This document shows positions 1 to 9,908 of a stretch of DNA of 64,000 nucleotides, one piece after another. Position 1 is the stretch's first letter. Every line of letters starts with the position of its first letter. A model generated the notes under the pieces. That model was not told where the DNA came from and searched no databases. It saw only the letters and a list, made by a program, of their open reading frames with translations. The stretch comes from Anaerolineae bacterium (GTDB lineage: Bacteria > Chloroflexota > Anaerolineae > B4-G1 > SLSP01). The stretch spans positions 32,987 to 96,986 of the forward strand of contig JAFGFI010000028.1 in NCBI GenBank assembly GCA_016931185.1, given 5' to 3'. A program made the translations under genes and the position numbers.

Positions 1-157
1 ATCTTGAAGTGTTGATGGTCGCTTCGTTAGTAATGGATTGAGCATTGAATGTAGATTCTGGTGTGGGGGTACATCTTAAAGATAATAGCACACACAAGAG
101 TAGACATCCTAAAACGCACAATTCGATCATATTATGTGGGTATAGACAGCTTTTCAT
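1..157 (-). CDS. Partial ORF running off the left edge; secreted or lipoprotein-like N-terminus
   Basis: Manual translation from ATG at 157: MKSCLYPHNMIELCVLGCLLLCVLLSLRCTPTPESTF..., open to the window edge. Same strand as the adjacent operon. Confidence 0.4.
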   Translation of the reverse strand, partial: MKSCLYPHNMIELCVLGCLLLCVLLSLRCTPTPESTFNAQSITNEATINTSR

Positions 158-275
158 ACTTACATCTCATTTAGGGGACGAAACATTAGCCCCTGTTTTT
201 TATGATTGTTACTATCACGATCATAAGCCTATATCTTTAAACGGTTGCAACCTCAATCCAAGAGTTAACTCAAGT

Positions 276-1286
276 TCAGGTTAAGCGTTTTAACAAATCA
301 CGGCGCTTTAAATCCAACCACCAATAAGGATGTTCCAACACCTCAGCCTCCAATAGTTCTATACACATCTGCAAATCCTGTTGCAGGTCAGAAGGCTTAA
401 AACCAGATGTCGCTAACTCGAATGGCTTAAGAGTCAACGTGCGAATACATGCCTCAATTTGTGTAGGAAACACGATAAGTACACGAGCATTCATCCGTTT
501 TGCCAACCGCAATCCTCCTGTCTGTAAATGGACGGTGCGAGTCAAAAAACTAACAGAAGCTACAGAAGACACAGATAATTGTTGAGTCTGATATTCGGAG
601 AGTAAATAATCCGGAGTAATGTAGAGACACTCCTTGTTTTTAAAGACATCCAACATTTTTAGCTGTATACCTTCTTGTGGGTCAATCACAGAGAAGCGGC
701 TACCAATCCTATATAGATAAGACAAATATAAGCGGTGAATAAATGCATCTGTAGGCGGGACTTGGCGTACATGAGAGATGGCATGCACCGGATATCCATG
801 TGCTTGCAATATAGCCGCCACAATTAAAGGATTGATACCAAAATGATAACTCCAAATCAAAACAGGATACCCCTTATCCAAGTAATCATCTAGATAGGTC
901 AAACCTTGTATATATGCAAGATTTGTGATTTCTGACCAAGACAGCACGGAGAGACTGTTGAAGATGAGTGAATTCCATACGGATAAAGACAGGAGTTGGT
1001 GTACAGCTATTGATCGCATGTCCGATTTTGTGAATAACGCACTGTAATTTTCTTGGATTGTTTGGGCGGAACGGACGCCGGTCATTTGGAGAAACCGCGC
1101 TAAATACATACTGATCTTGTTGATGAACTGAACTCGCCACGATACAGGTATTACTCGCATACCACTATAGAATAGTAGCGCGAGGCTATATGTGACTGTG
1201 TCTATGGTCCCAGAACGCCGGTGACATCCTTTGGGGCGAGTGGAAAAGCCCTCCCATATTGTTTGATTTTGTTCTGTTGATGTCAT
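276..1286 (-). CDS. Lysophospholipid/lipid A (LpxL-like) acyltransferase family protein
   Basis: GYPVLIWSYHFG motif, YITPD, GGLRLAKRMNA, C-terminal LEAEVLEHPYWW. Paralog of 5829-6932. Confidence 0.7.
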   Translation of the reverse strand: MTSTEQNQTIWEGFSTRPKGCHRRSGTIDTVTYSLALLFYSGMRVIPVSWRVQFINKISMYLARFLQMTGVRSAQTIQENYSALFTKSDMRSIAVHQLLSLSVWNSLIFNSLSVLSWSEITNLAYIQGLTYLDDYLDKGYPVLIWSYHFGINPLIVAAILQAHGYPVHAISHVRQVPPTDAFIHRLYLSYLYRIGSRFSVIDPQEGIQLKMLDVFKNKECLYITPDYLLSEYQTQQLSVSSVASVSFLTRTVHLQTGGLRLAKRMNARVLIVFPTQIEACIRTLTLKPFELATSGFKPSDLQQDLQMCIELLEAEVLEHPYWWLDLKRRDLLKRLT

Positions 1287-2614
1287 ATAAATTCTCTCTC
1301 AGTTTTTAGTTGATGGTATAACTGGGGCTGAGATGCAGGACTTAAGGCAAAGAGAAACGCCAATAACATCCACAATTGACGAAAATGCGATACCTCATGC
1401 ACAAATGCATTTAGCACACATGCTAAAAATCCCGCTCCCAAGGCAAGCATTTGCTGGCGCTGATACGCTGTATGGCTTTTACGGATTCCCTCCAGAGGCG
1501 TTAGCAGCCCTATGCTCACGATACTCATCCATCCAATAAAACCTATCGGACCACGCTCGAAGAAAAAAGCGACATAATCGTTATGCAAGCTAACCTGAAA
1601 CTGACCGAAGCTGTTAGGCCCCGTTCCCAAGGGATAGTGTATATAAACTGGCCATGCATTCTTAATGGTCGAAATACGGCTTGAGAACGAAACCGCCAAT
1701 CGCCCAATGTTAAGTGCCAATAACCTCGCTTTGCTATCTGCTATATCAGATATCCATGCCGGCCAAAGGGTATATAATAATAAGAGCATAATAAGTAAAC
1801 TTATTCCTGCACTGATTGCTATACCACCTATTAGACCCATTCGCTGATTGTACATAAGAGCCGCAACTATCAACACAATTATTGCGCTGGCAAAAGTTGA
1901 CACTAATCCGCCCATTGACCCTGTGCTAAAAATGCCAACCAGCATCCACGTGCCCAGTCCTAATCGTAGCCAAATAGGCCAGGAGGTTGCCCATAATACA
2001 AACAAACCGACAAAAATATATACTGCTGCGGCATTGGGGTTAATATAGCTCCCTACCCCTCTGGTGAATCCGCTGGCAGAAATCACTCGTTCACGGCTCG
2101 GGTCTGCGTAGAAAAACGAGGTATAAAACATCCGTGGCCCAATTCGTAGCATCCCCATAAACGTTGCTGTGGCTTCTGCAACCGCAAATATACTCCAGAT
2201 CTTCATCAAACGATCAATATCAGCCATAGAAAATGTTTTTAACAAGTTTGTCAAAATGATGAACCATACGAAAAGATAGATTTCTTGAGCGATAGCAATA
2301 AGGCTATCAAGATATGTAAAACCAACTAATGTTGCAAATAAGCCAGAAAGCAGGATCAGCCATCCTGGCACAATTAAAGGAAAGAGTAAGTACTGATGCG
2401 TAAGCCATACTTTCGTGATACCATAGGCTATCAAGATCACCACCACCCCATCAACGATTTTTAAATTGAATGGAAGTATCATCCTATCTATTGGCAGCAG
2501 GCCTAGCACCAACGCACAGAGCCAGAAGGCTATCTGGTCCCGTTCTATAACATCTTTGACTTTATTGTATAAAGGTGTAGGATTTAAAATCTTTTTCTCC
2601 ACTAAATGCTCCAA
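1283..2614 (-). CDS. O-antigen ligase / Wzy polymerase family membrane protein
   Basis: About 11-12 TM segments; RGVGSYINPN, STGSMGG, PLGTGPNSF, LHNDYVAFFFERGPIGF (Wzy_C signature). Confidence 0.8.
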   Translation of the reverse strand: MEHLVEKKILNPTPLYNKVKDVIERDQIAFWLCALVLGLLPIDRMILPFNLKIVDGVVVILIAYGITKVWLTHQYLLFPLIVPGWLILLSGLFATLVGFTYLDSLIAIAQEIYLFVWFIILTNLLKTFSMADIDRLMKIWSIFAVAEATATFMGMLRIGPRMFYTSFFYADPSRERVISASGFTRGVGSYINPNAAAVYIFVGLFVLWATSWPIWLRLGLGTWMLVGIFSTGSMGGLVSTFASAIIVLIVAALMYNQRMGLIGGIAISAGISLLIMLLLLYTLWPAWISDIADSKARLLALNIGRLAVSFSSRISTIKNAWPVYIHYPLGTGPNSFGQFQVSLHNDYVAFFFERGPIGFIGWMSIVSIGLLTPLEGIRKSHTAYQRQQMLALGAGFLACVLNAFVHEVSHFRQLWMLLAFLFALSPASQPQLYHQLKTEREFI

Positions 2615-2619
2615 CTCTT

Positions 2620-4290
2620 CTAAAGATAACCTAAGTTTTTTAAGTGTTCTTCAATCGTTTGCTGTTCTTGACTGGAGAACTTATGCAAGGCTTCTGCTTC
2701 CCGCATATCGATATCTTGATACTGAATAACGCGGTTATCGCCATCCTCAAATATCTCCAGCAACACCTGACCATCCATCGCGCGTGATACAGCCACGTCT
2801 AAGGCATACAATATTGTGGGCGCTATATCTATAAGCCCTGCATCTTGGATCTTATATCCAGATTTGATGCCTTTTCCATGTGCCAGGAACAATCCACGCA
2901 TCGTATGTCCTCCAGATCTCCCCCTAAGAGGGTCAGAGATCGTCCTTTGGCTATAACCGACACCTCCAATGTCGGTATAATGATCGTCAACCCATTCAAT
3001 GTATAAGTCTGGGAGTTCGGGAACTAAATCGGAAATCCGGCCATTGTAAATTTCTTCTTTGTGCCAAATACGCTTGACAATGCGTTCCCCAGTTCCAGGG
3101 TCACGCAGTTTATAAAACTCAGTTTCGACTTGGTTACATACTTCCTCATACTCACTACCCGCTTTCACGATGCCCGCCGGCTCACGTCCAGCAAGGTTGA
3201 TAGATATTAAGCTCCCGCCTCCCAGCGGATAGGCTTTAGTATGCATCCAATCCACGTGGTTTGTCATTAACATCCCCTGATTTATTGCAGTTTGCGCTTG
3301 CTTAGGGATCAATTTGCGTGTAAGGTTACGCACATGCAGCGCCTCAAGCAAGCGCAGGATGTTGTGCGGTGAGATGCCTAACCTAAGAAGCGCAGATCGC
3401 AACTGGGCCATAGGAGTTTTTTTAATGTGCAACAAACCGGCCTCAACTAAGACATTATCTATGTACACATCCCGATACATCGCGCCAAATCCATGGTCAG
3501 ATACGATCATCAAAAGTGTGTCCGCATCAAGCTTGTTTTGAATCGCAGCGATGGCCTGATCCATCTTTTGATAGTGTTTAAGAAGTGCATCACCATATCG
3601 CCCGAAAAGTTCTGGCTCATGAGCAGGATGTTGGGGATCTATATGCCGCCACATTGCATGAGCCAAGACATCCGTCCCTCGAAAAACCACGGCGAATAGC
3701 GACCAGTCTACCTGGTCCATCAACCACAATGTTGCATTTAAACGTTTATCCTCAACGCGATTGACCGCAGCAATAAAACTATCTTCTGATCCAGGTGTAT
3801 ATTTCTCGTAACGTTCAATTTCATAATCAAAACGACCAATAAGTTCTTCTTTTAAACTTGGTGGATAAGTGAATTCGTTGTTGCGTCCTGGCGTTGTCAA
3901 CCCCGTTACCAACAATCCATTTATCGGTCTTGGAGGATAAGTAGTGGGGATATTGACCAAGGCTACCTGTTTACCGCATTGGTTGAGCAGGATACCAATA
4001 TCAGGTACCTTGCGAAAGGTAGCGTTAATGGGGCGTAAGATGTAACTTCCAGGTTCACGTTGAAGGAACGTATAGATGCCATGTCTACCAGGTGTCATAC
4101 CTGTTAAGAAGGAAGACCAAGCTGGTGGAGTTACAGGCGGGATCACGGATTTTAACATTCCCCAGCTACCTTTCTCCATCAGGCGTGCAAAAGTTGGAAG
4201 TTTTCCTTGTTCCACCCAGGGCAGGACAAGATCATAGGTAGCCCCATCTAATCCTATGACAAAGACTTTTTGGTAACTTGTTGTTGACAC
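2620..4290 (-). CDS. Alkaline phosphatase superfamily (type I phosphodiesterase / nucleotide pyrophosphatase-like) protein
   Basis: VIGLDGAT, PPVTPPAWSSFLTG, IVSDHGFG, SGGH, DIAPTIL, C-terminal LKNLGYL. Confidence 0.85.
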   Translation of the reverse strand: MSTTSYQKVFVIGLDGATYDLVLPWVEQGKLPTFARLMEKGSWGMLKSVIPPVTPPAWSSFLTGMTPGRHGIYTFLQREPGSYILRPINATFRKVPDIGILLNQCGKQVALVNIPTTYPPRPINGLLVTGLTTPGRNNEFTYPPSLKEELIGRFDYEIERYEKYTPGSEDSFIAAVNRVEDKRLNATLWLMDQVDWSLFAVVFRGTDVLAHAMWRHIDPQHPAHEPELFGRYGDALLKHYQKMDQAIAAIQNKLDADTLLMIVSDHGFGAMYRDVYIDNVLVEAGLLHIKKTPMAQLRSALLRLGISPHNILRLLEALHVRNLTRKLIPKQAQTAINQGMLMTNHVDWMHTKAYPLGGGSLISINLAGREPAGIVKAGSEYEEVCNQVETEFYKLRDPGTGERIVKRIWHKEEIYNGRISDLVPELPDLYIEWVDDHYTDIGGVGYSQRTISDPLRGRSGGHTMRGLFLAHGKGIKSGYKIQDAGLIDIAPTILYALDVAVSRAMDGQVLLEIFEDGDNRVIQYQDIDMREAEALHKFSSQEQQTIEEHLKNLGYL

Positions 4291-4332
4291 GCACCCTCCT
4301 TACTTTCTCAACGACAGCCGAACCCCAAAACT

Positions 4333-5856
4333 CTAAATGTCAGACTTATATAGACACGAACGTTTGTCCGCAGAAGGCTTTTTGTCAGCCTTATGCCTGA
4401 GGAACTTATCCCAATTTCTACGAATAATCTGTAATACAATTTGCACTTCTTGCGGAGAAAAGGTTTTCGTTACAAACAGAATAACTAAATAAGTTATGCC
4501 TCCGAGTAACAGTGACAGCACAAGAGATAGATCGGACAGAAGATAAAGCACCAAAGCCATTCCCAAACCCGCTAATACGGGTTTGAATAACAGGCAAAAA
4601 TGAAGTGGCTGAGGTACTTTCTGCACCAGAAGCACATAAAGCAGTCCAAAAAAGCAAATTTCGGTCAGAATGGTCGTGATCGCAGCACCAGTGAAACTAT
4701 AAGCAGGAAGAATAAACACGTTAACAGCAATGTTGAAAATGGCCACTAAAGCCACGGCTAGCGAGCGTGCTGATTGTAAGCCACTGGCAGTCAAAGCTGT
4801 AGCCAGGGTATTGTTTATAAACCGTAGCGTGATAATGGTTGCCATAATGGCGAAAATATTGGCTGATGGCGTGAATTTTGGACCATATAGTATATGGATG
4901 AGTGGATTCGCCAATACCACACAAGCAACAGATAGAGGAATTCCTAGTAAGCTCTGATATTTCACAGCAACATTGATATATGTAGTAATGCGCTCAGCCT
5001 GTGAATTGAATTCTCGCGCCATCAACGGCATCAATGCGTTGTTAATCATGCGGGCGAAAACATTGAAGCGATAGAAAATATTGGTCGCAGCCTCATAAAT
5101 ACCCACTGCCACATTGCCATGTAACAGCGTTAACATAACAACATCAATGCGTAAGTAAATGGATCCCAATGCCATATTCGCGGCAAAGGGCCATGTAATC
5201 TGTAATAATTCTCGTGCAATATGTCTATCCCATCCAAAATGCAAGGGGGCGTTTAACAACTTGTGATAGAGGAACAGGGATACCAAAAACGCTATCAAAC
5301 GTGAGGGGACATAAACCACAAATAACCATAGAAAAGGCAGTTGTAGAATAAGCACACCGGTTCCTATAACTAGGAAAACCATTTCTTGAATGATGGTCAC
5401 AACCGCCGCTGTTTCCATACGCTCATAACCATTAAAAACCGCGGAGACGGTCTGAGCCAAGCCATCAAACAGCAGTGCCAAGCTTGCCAAGCCAACTGCA
5501 AGACATGTATTTGCAGGCCGTCCCAGCAACAAAACGATACCGACGGTTAACGGTATATTGAGTATGCCTGCTCCAGCGACAAGAGTCAATCCGGTTCTGA
5601 CATAGTGATCTGCTAGTTTGTGTTGGGTAGCCACTTCTCGAATCAGTGCCCACGGGATACCCAAGGTGGCAAAAAATGTAAACATAAGATTGAAGGTCAT
5701 CACAAAGGCAAATTCTCCCACCCGTTCAGCCCCAAACAGACGGCCAATCACAATTGTGATCAACAACTTCGACACCGTTGTGGCAGCCAGAGCAAAGAGC
5801 TGAGCTACAATATTCTTGGTGACGCGACCTACTGTATAATGGAGTTGTTCATGCAT
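4333..5856 (-). CDS. wzx: Wzx-type flippase (polysaccharide biosynthesis protein)
   Basis: About 14 TM segments; IYLRIDVVML, AVGIYEAA, ILPAYSFTGAAITT. Confidence 0.85.
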   Translation of the reverse strand: MHEQLHYTVGRVTKNIVAQLFALAATTVSKLLITIVIGRLFGAERVGEFAFVMTFNLMFTFFATLGIPWALIREVATQHKLADHYVRTGLTLVAGAGILNIPLTVGIVLLLGRPANTCLAVGLASLALLFDGLAQTVSAVFNGYERMETAAVVTIIQEMVFLVIGTGVLILQLPFLWLFVVYVPSRLIAFLVSLFLYHKLLNAPLHFGWDRHIARELLQITWPFAANMALGSIYLRIDVVMLTLLHGNVAVGIYEAATNIFYRFNVFARMINNALMPLMAREFNSQAERITTYINVAVKYQSLLGIPLSVACVVLANPLIHILYGPKFTPSANIFAIMATIITLRFINNTLATALTASGLQSARSLAVALVAIFNIAVNVFILPAYSFTGAAITTILTEICFFGLLYVLLVQKVPQPLHFCLLFKPVLAGLGMALVLYLLSDLSLVLSLLLGGITYLVILFVTKTFSPQEVQIVLQIIRRNWDKFLRHKADKKPSADKRSCLYKSDI

Positions 5857-6932
5857 TGAACTTTATCTCCCTTTGGACTTGTTATACGGTCGACAAGATC
5901 AAGCCGCCGTAGATCACGCCAGAGTGCAGGATTTTCTAACAAACGTTGCTCCAGACGTGAAAGATAAACTTGAAGATCTTCACCTATATCCTCTGCGCGC
6001 GTTCCGGGGTTCGCCCATGTCATAGGTTCAATGGTAATGTGTTGTTCCTGTTCATTTGCAATAGGAATAGCTGTGAATACCCTGGCTCCCATTTGTTTCG
6101 CGGGTTGAATACCGCTGATATCCAGGTAAACTTTGCGATTTAAAAATCGCAAAGACACCAAATGCGCGGGAAGCGGTTGATTTTCATTAACAATGAAATA
6201 TTGATCTGGTAAGAGATAAAAAATATCAGTTTTTTCTTTTAAAATCTTGATAAGTTCAGGTTGTGACTTTTCTCCAGGTGCGACCGTAACTTGCTTGACT
6301 CGCTTCTCAAGACGTTGAACCCTGGGCCAGTAAAGCCAATTATATAAACGACTGGCCTGCACAGGGTAATTACGTAAAGTGCTGTATCCAACAAGCCAAG
6401 TAGGATAACCGCGTGCGGATAAGAAAGCAGTAACTGCATAACCATAAACACCATAGTGTGCCCCTAACAGCAGGACGGGAGACATCTGTTCTCGTAGTAC
6501 ATTTAAATAAGACAAATTATCTATTTTTAACAAATGGGATAGATTTTTATCATCTAATGAGGGTAACAAATTGAGGATCAGTGTATTCCAAATAGAGAAT
6601 GCTAGTTGTTCTAGTACCCATGAATTCAACATAGCCTCCGTTTTATTATCGTCAAAAAGTGTCACTAAATGATGCCGTATTCGGTTTACAGTGCCTGGAT
6701 CCGCTACGTACCAGATTTTACTGACGATATGGCTCAACTGCCAAAGAATCCTGGGGCACATAGCAGCCGGAAGTGTATCTAACCCCACAGCCAGCGCTAG
6801 GGCCATCAGACGTTGTATATCACCCGACACAATCCAGGGACGCCGGTTATTTTTATCCAGAAATAATTTATACATTCTCAATACTCTAACACTTAAATCA
6901 TTATATTTGTTAATTTCTTCGATTAGCGCCAT
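5829..6932 (-). CDS. Lysophospholipid/lipid A (LpxL-like) acyltransferase family protein
   Basis: PVLLLGAHYG, LLPDQ, LEQRLLENPALW. Paralog of 276-1286. Confidence 0.7.
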   Translation of the reverse strand: MALIEEINKYNDLSVRVLRMYKLFLDKNNRRPWIVSGDIQRLMALALAVGLDTLPAAMCPRILWQLSHIVSKIWYVADPGTVNRIRHHLVTLFDDNKTEAMLNSWVLEQLAFSIWNTLILNLLPSLDDKNLSHLLKIDNLSYLNVLREQMSPVLLLGAHYGVYGYAVTAFLSARGYPTWLVGYSTLRNYPVQASRLYNWLYWPRVQRLEKRVKQVTVAPGEKSQPELIKILKEKTDIFYLLPDQYFIVNENQPLPAHLVSLRFLNRKVYLDISGIQPAKQMGARVFTAIPIANEQEQHITIEPMTWANPGTRAEDIGEDLQVYLSRLEQRLLENPALWRDLRRLDLVDRITSPKGDKVQCMNNSIIQ

Positions 6933-8490
6933 TCATTGATTTCAAAAGGGTCTTACTATAGTAGGGATAAGGGACCTGAGCGCGCAGTTTGGCCTTTGTT
7001 AACACAAAACCCAAAAGTTTCGTTCCCACATGTTGATGAGCTTCATATAGTTTACAAGCAGCTTCACAAGATGTTTTTTCTGCCTCAATTAAAAGAACTG
7101 TACTATCCACCATAGAAGCCAGATTTAATGCATCAGCTACAGCTAACGTAGGAGGAGTGTCTAAAATAACTAATTCTGCGTTACTTTGTACCTCTGAAAG
7201 AGCAATTCGCATTCTTTCTGAACTTAATAGTTCTGATGGATTAGGAGGGATACCACCACTCGTTATCAAGCGTAAATTGGCAACGCTTGTTTCGGATATG
7301 CAATCCATAATATTATGAACATCTCCTGTTAGAAAATGTACCAATCCTCGCTGATTGTCCAAATGAAACAAGTGATGAAGCTTTGAGGAACGCAAATCAG
7401 AGTCAATCAATATAACATTGATGCCAGTCTGGGCAAAAACAATACCTAAATTTGCCACTATAGTTGTCTTACCAGTTCCTGGTTCAGCACTTGTAATCAA
7501 CAAACTTTTTAAAGATGCATCAAAGCTGGCAAAGCGTATATTGGTTCGTAAAGTGCGATAAGCCTCAGCTACCGGCGAAGTCGGAAAACTCAAAGTTACA
7601 ATACCATTATTTTGTTTTTTATTGCTCAATTTGTAAATAGTACCTAAAGCAGGCAATGATAAAACTTGCTTAACATCATTACTGGTTTTAAAAGAGCGAT
7701 CAAAGTATGCTATCAGGAAAACCAAACCACTACTAAATGTAAAACCAATAGCAGCACCAAGAAATACATACAAAGGCACAACCGGTCGAATCGGTTTCTC
7801 TGGGGGTATTGCAGGTTCGACTACTGTGATGTCGAGCAGTTGACTTTCAGCTAGGCGAATGCTTAGATAAGTATCCATAAGGCGGGCATAGGTAAGTTGC
7901 TGATTGGATAATGTGCTTTGTGTTAGAGCCAGTTCTTCATCTGTTAGTAGCCCAGAAGAAAGATTGGAAGTCGTCGATTGGCCACGATCAATCAGGGCTT
8001 TCAAAGTGTTCATCTGGGAAACTACATCTTGTTCAAGTGCCTTTATACTTTGGAGTTGTTGCTCCGGATTGCGCAGAGCAATAAAGTTATAGACGATTTC
8101 GTTGGCAATGTCGCTGGCACGTTGAGGATTTGTGTCTTCAATGCTCAATTCCAATAATTGAGTTCCTTGAACAAGGTTTATGTCCAACATATTTTCTCGC
8201 AAATCTTCTGGGGCAATATCTAGATCCAAATTGTTAATTACAATTTCCAAGAGCGGTCGGGTTGTGAGCAATCTGCTATAGGTCAGGGCTAAATTTTCTC
8301 CGCTTAGACTGGAAGCATAATCAGAAGTTAAGGCATTCTTTGTCTGAGCGACAATCATAACTACTTTAGCCTGATAAATAGGTGTCATGTTCAGACTTAC
8401 AACCAATACAATAAGAGAAGTTATAATTGTCACCAAGACGATGATATATAGTTTCTCCTGTATAATATGCAATACACGTTGTGCTTCCAT
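6910..8490 (-). CDS. wzc: Polysaccharide co-polymerase / BY-kinase (CpsC-CpsD fusion, Wzc-like)
   Basis: N-terminal Wzz domain (MTPIYQA), VVEPAIPPEKPIRP, AEAYRTLRTN, Walker A EPGTGKTT, IDSDLR, LDTPP, terminal YPYY. Confidence 0.9.
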   Translation of the reverse strand: MEAQRVLHIIQEKLYIIVLVTIITSLIVLVVSLNMTPIYQAKVVMIVAQTKNALTSDYASSLSGENLALTYSRLLTTRPLLEIVINNLDLDIAPEDLRENMLDINLVQGTQLLELSIEDTNPQRASDIANEIVYNFIALRNPEQQLQSIKALEQDVVSQMNTLKALIDRGQSTTSNLSSGLLTDEELALTQSTLSNQQLTYARLMDTYLSIRLAESQLLDITVVEPAIPPEKPIRPVVPLYVFLGAAIGFTFSSGLVFLIAYFDRSFKTSNDVKQVLSLPALGTIYKLSNKKQNNGIVTLSFPTSPVAEAYRTLRTNIRFASFDASLKSLLITSAEPGTGKTTIVANLGIVFAQTGINVILIDSDLRSSKLHHLFHLDNQRGLVHFLTGDVHNIMDCISETSVANLRLITSGGIPPNPSELLSSERMRIALSEVQSNAELVILDTPPTLAVADALNLASMVDSTVLLIEAEKTSCEAACKLYEAHQHVGTKLLGFVLTKAKLRAQVPYPYYSKTLLKSMNGANRRN

Positions 8491-8528
8491 AAGTAATTAA
8501 ACCTCTCTGGTAGTCTTACATACTCAGT

Positions 8529-9908
8529 TTATGGTCCCAAAATTACCTGATTCTCTTCCAATCCTTGAGTGATTTCTACTCGCTCTGGCCCCTCAATTCC
8601 TAATTCAACATTTACCCGACGTTGATATTCCCCATCAAGCAAGATGATAAATGCGCTCCCTTGATAAGTTCGTATAACTTCCGAGGGCAACCAAAGCACA
8701 TCATCCTTTTCTTCTAGAACGAGCGTTATTCCCATCAGTTCGCCGAGGTTTAGGCTGCTTACGTCTCCCTCCAGACTGATACGTGCTGTATTATCGAGAC
8801 TACCTGAATTTGCAGTGTTGCCTCCCATACTGTAAGGATAAGGGAGGCTGCGAACGGTGCCGGCCCAAGCACGTTGTGGATCAAGACTATGGGCAACGGT
8901 GACGACCTGTCCCTCCGTAATAGTCTGTAACTGTTCTTGAGAAGGATTGGCACTGATCTCAACATCCAGAGAACTTGCCATTATCAGAAGCGACCCGAAG
9001 GGTTCGACCAGTTGGCCTGGATAGAGAGACGTAGACACAATAATGCCATCCGCCGGAGCGACGATTTGTGTTGTGTCCTTCAACTCGTCTAACGCTTGTT
9101 GAGCCTGTTCTATCTCCGTATGTAACACAGGCCCCACGCCTTTTTTGAGCTGCGTTAGTTCAAGCTCACTCTGTCGTAATATGGCCTCAACGATGTTAAG
9201 ATCCTGTTGATAAACTAACTCATTGTTGATGGCTTGGGCGTATTCGGCTTGAGTGATTTGTAATTCCCATTGCGCTTCCTTGTGCGCGCGCTCATAATTA
9301 TCGCGTATTAACTGATCCTCCCAAGGACGGTCTAAGGCTTTTTGATACTCATCCTGAGCAAACACAGCGCGTGTTCTGGCCCTTTCTAGCGCGACGCGCG
9401 CTATCGTTGTGCTGGTTGTATAATTCTCTTGAAGTAGCAGGGTGCGGTTTAGCTGCTCCTGTGCCAATGTCAAGGCCGACTCCGCTTGAGCAATCGCGTA
9501 AGCGTTAGTTTCCTCAGCTTCTTTGAGTGTGGCTTGTGCCATTTCCAGATTTAGCTCTGCTGTAGTAATTTGATATTCCAAGGCATCACCCCCCAACTCG
9601 GCTAACACACTACCTGCCATTACGTGTTGCCCCTGTTGAACAAAAACTTGATTGACATACCCCGATGTTTTAAAGTAAAGGGGAATTTCTTCCTTAGAGA
9701 TCACCCTGCCTGAAAACTCCAATATTCTGGCAACTTTTCCGCGCTGTACAGTGTATGTAATGCCAACCGGTTCAGAAGATGTAGTGATATATGTAGGTGA
9801 AGGCGGAATATCTGCGCGCGCGCAACTCAAAAGCAAACAAATCACGCTCAACAATATACAAACTTGGTAATACCGTGATAAGATCACAACTTTCCCCCTT
9901 GTGATCAC
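8529..9908 (-). CDS. HlyD/RND-type membrane fusion (periplasmic adaptor) lipoprotein
   Basis: Lipobox-like LLLSC, lipoyl half-motifs (SGYVNQVFVQQGQHV; IVAPADGIIV), long coiled coil, VELGIEG..VEITQGL. Confidence 0.8.
   Translation of the reverse strand: MITRGKVVILSRYYQVCILLSVICLLLSCARADIPPSPTYITTSSEPVGITYTVQRGKVARILEFSGRVISKEEIPLYFKTSGYVNQVFVQQGQHVMAGSVLAELGGDALEYQITTAELNLEMAQATLKEAEETNAYAIAQAESALTLAQEQLNRTLLLQENYTTSTTIARVALERARTRAVFAQDEYQKALDRPWEDQLIRDNYERAHKEAQWELQITQAEYAQAINNELVYQQDLNIVEAILRQSELELTQLKKGVGPVLHTEIEQAQQALDELKDTTQIVAPADGIIVSTSLYPGQLVEPFGSLLIMASSLDVEISANPSQEQLQTITEGQVVTVAHSLDPQRAWAGTVRSLPYPYSMGGNTANSGSLDNTARISLEGDVSSLNLGELMGITLVLEEKDDVLWLPSEVIRTYQGSAFIILLDGEYQRRVNVELGIEGPERVEITQGLEENQVILGP

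Noticed and set aside
276-6932. Lipid A / LPS biosynthesis locus
   Set aside because: No lpxA/B/C/D/K or kdtA nearby, and the acyltransferases lack the canonical HX4D/E motif.
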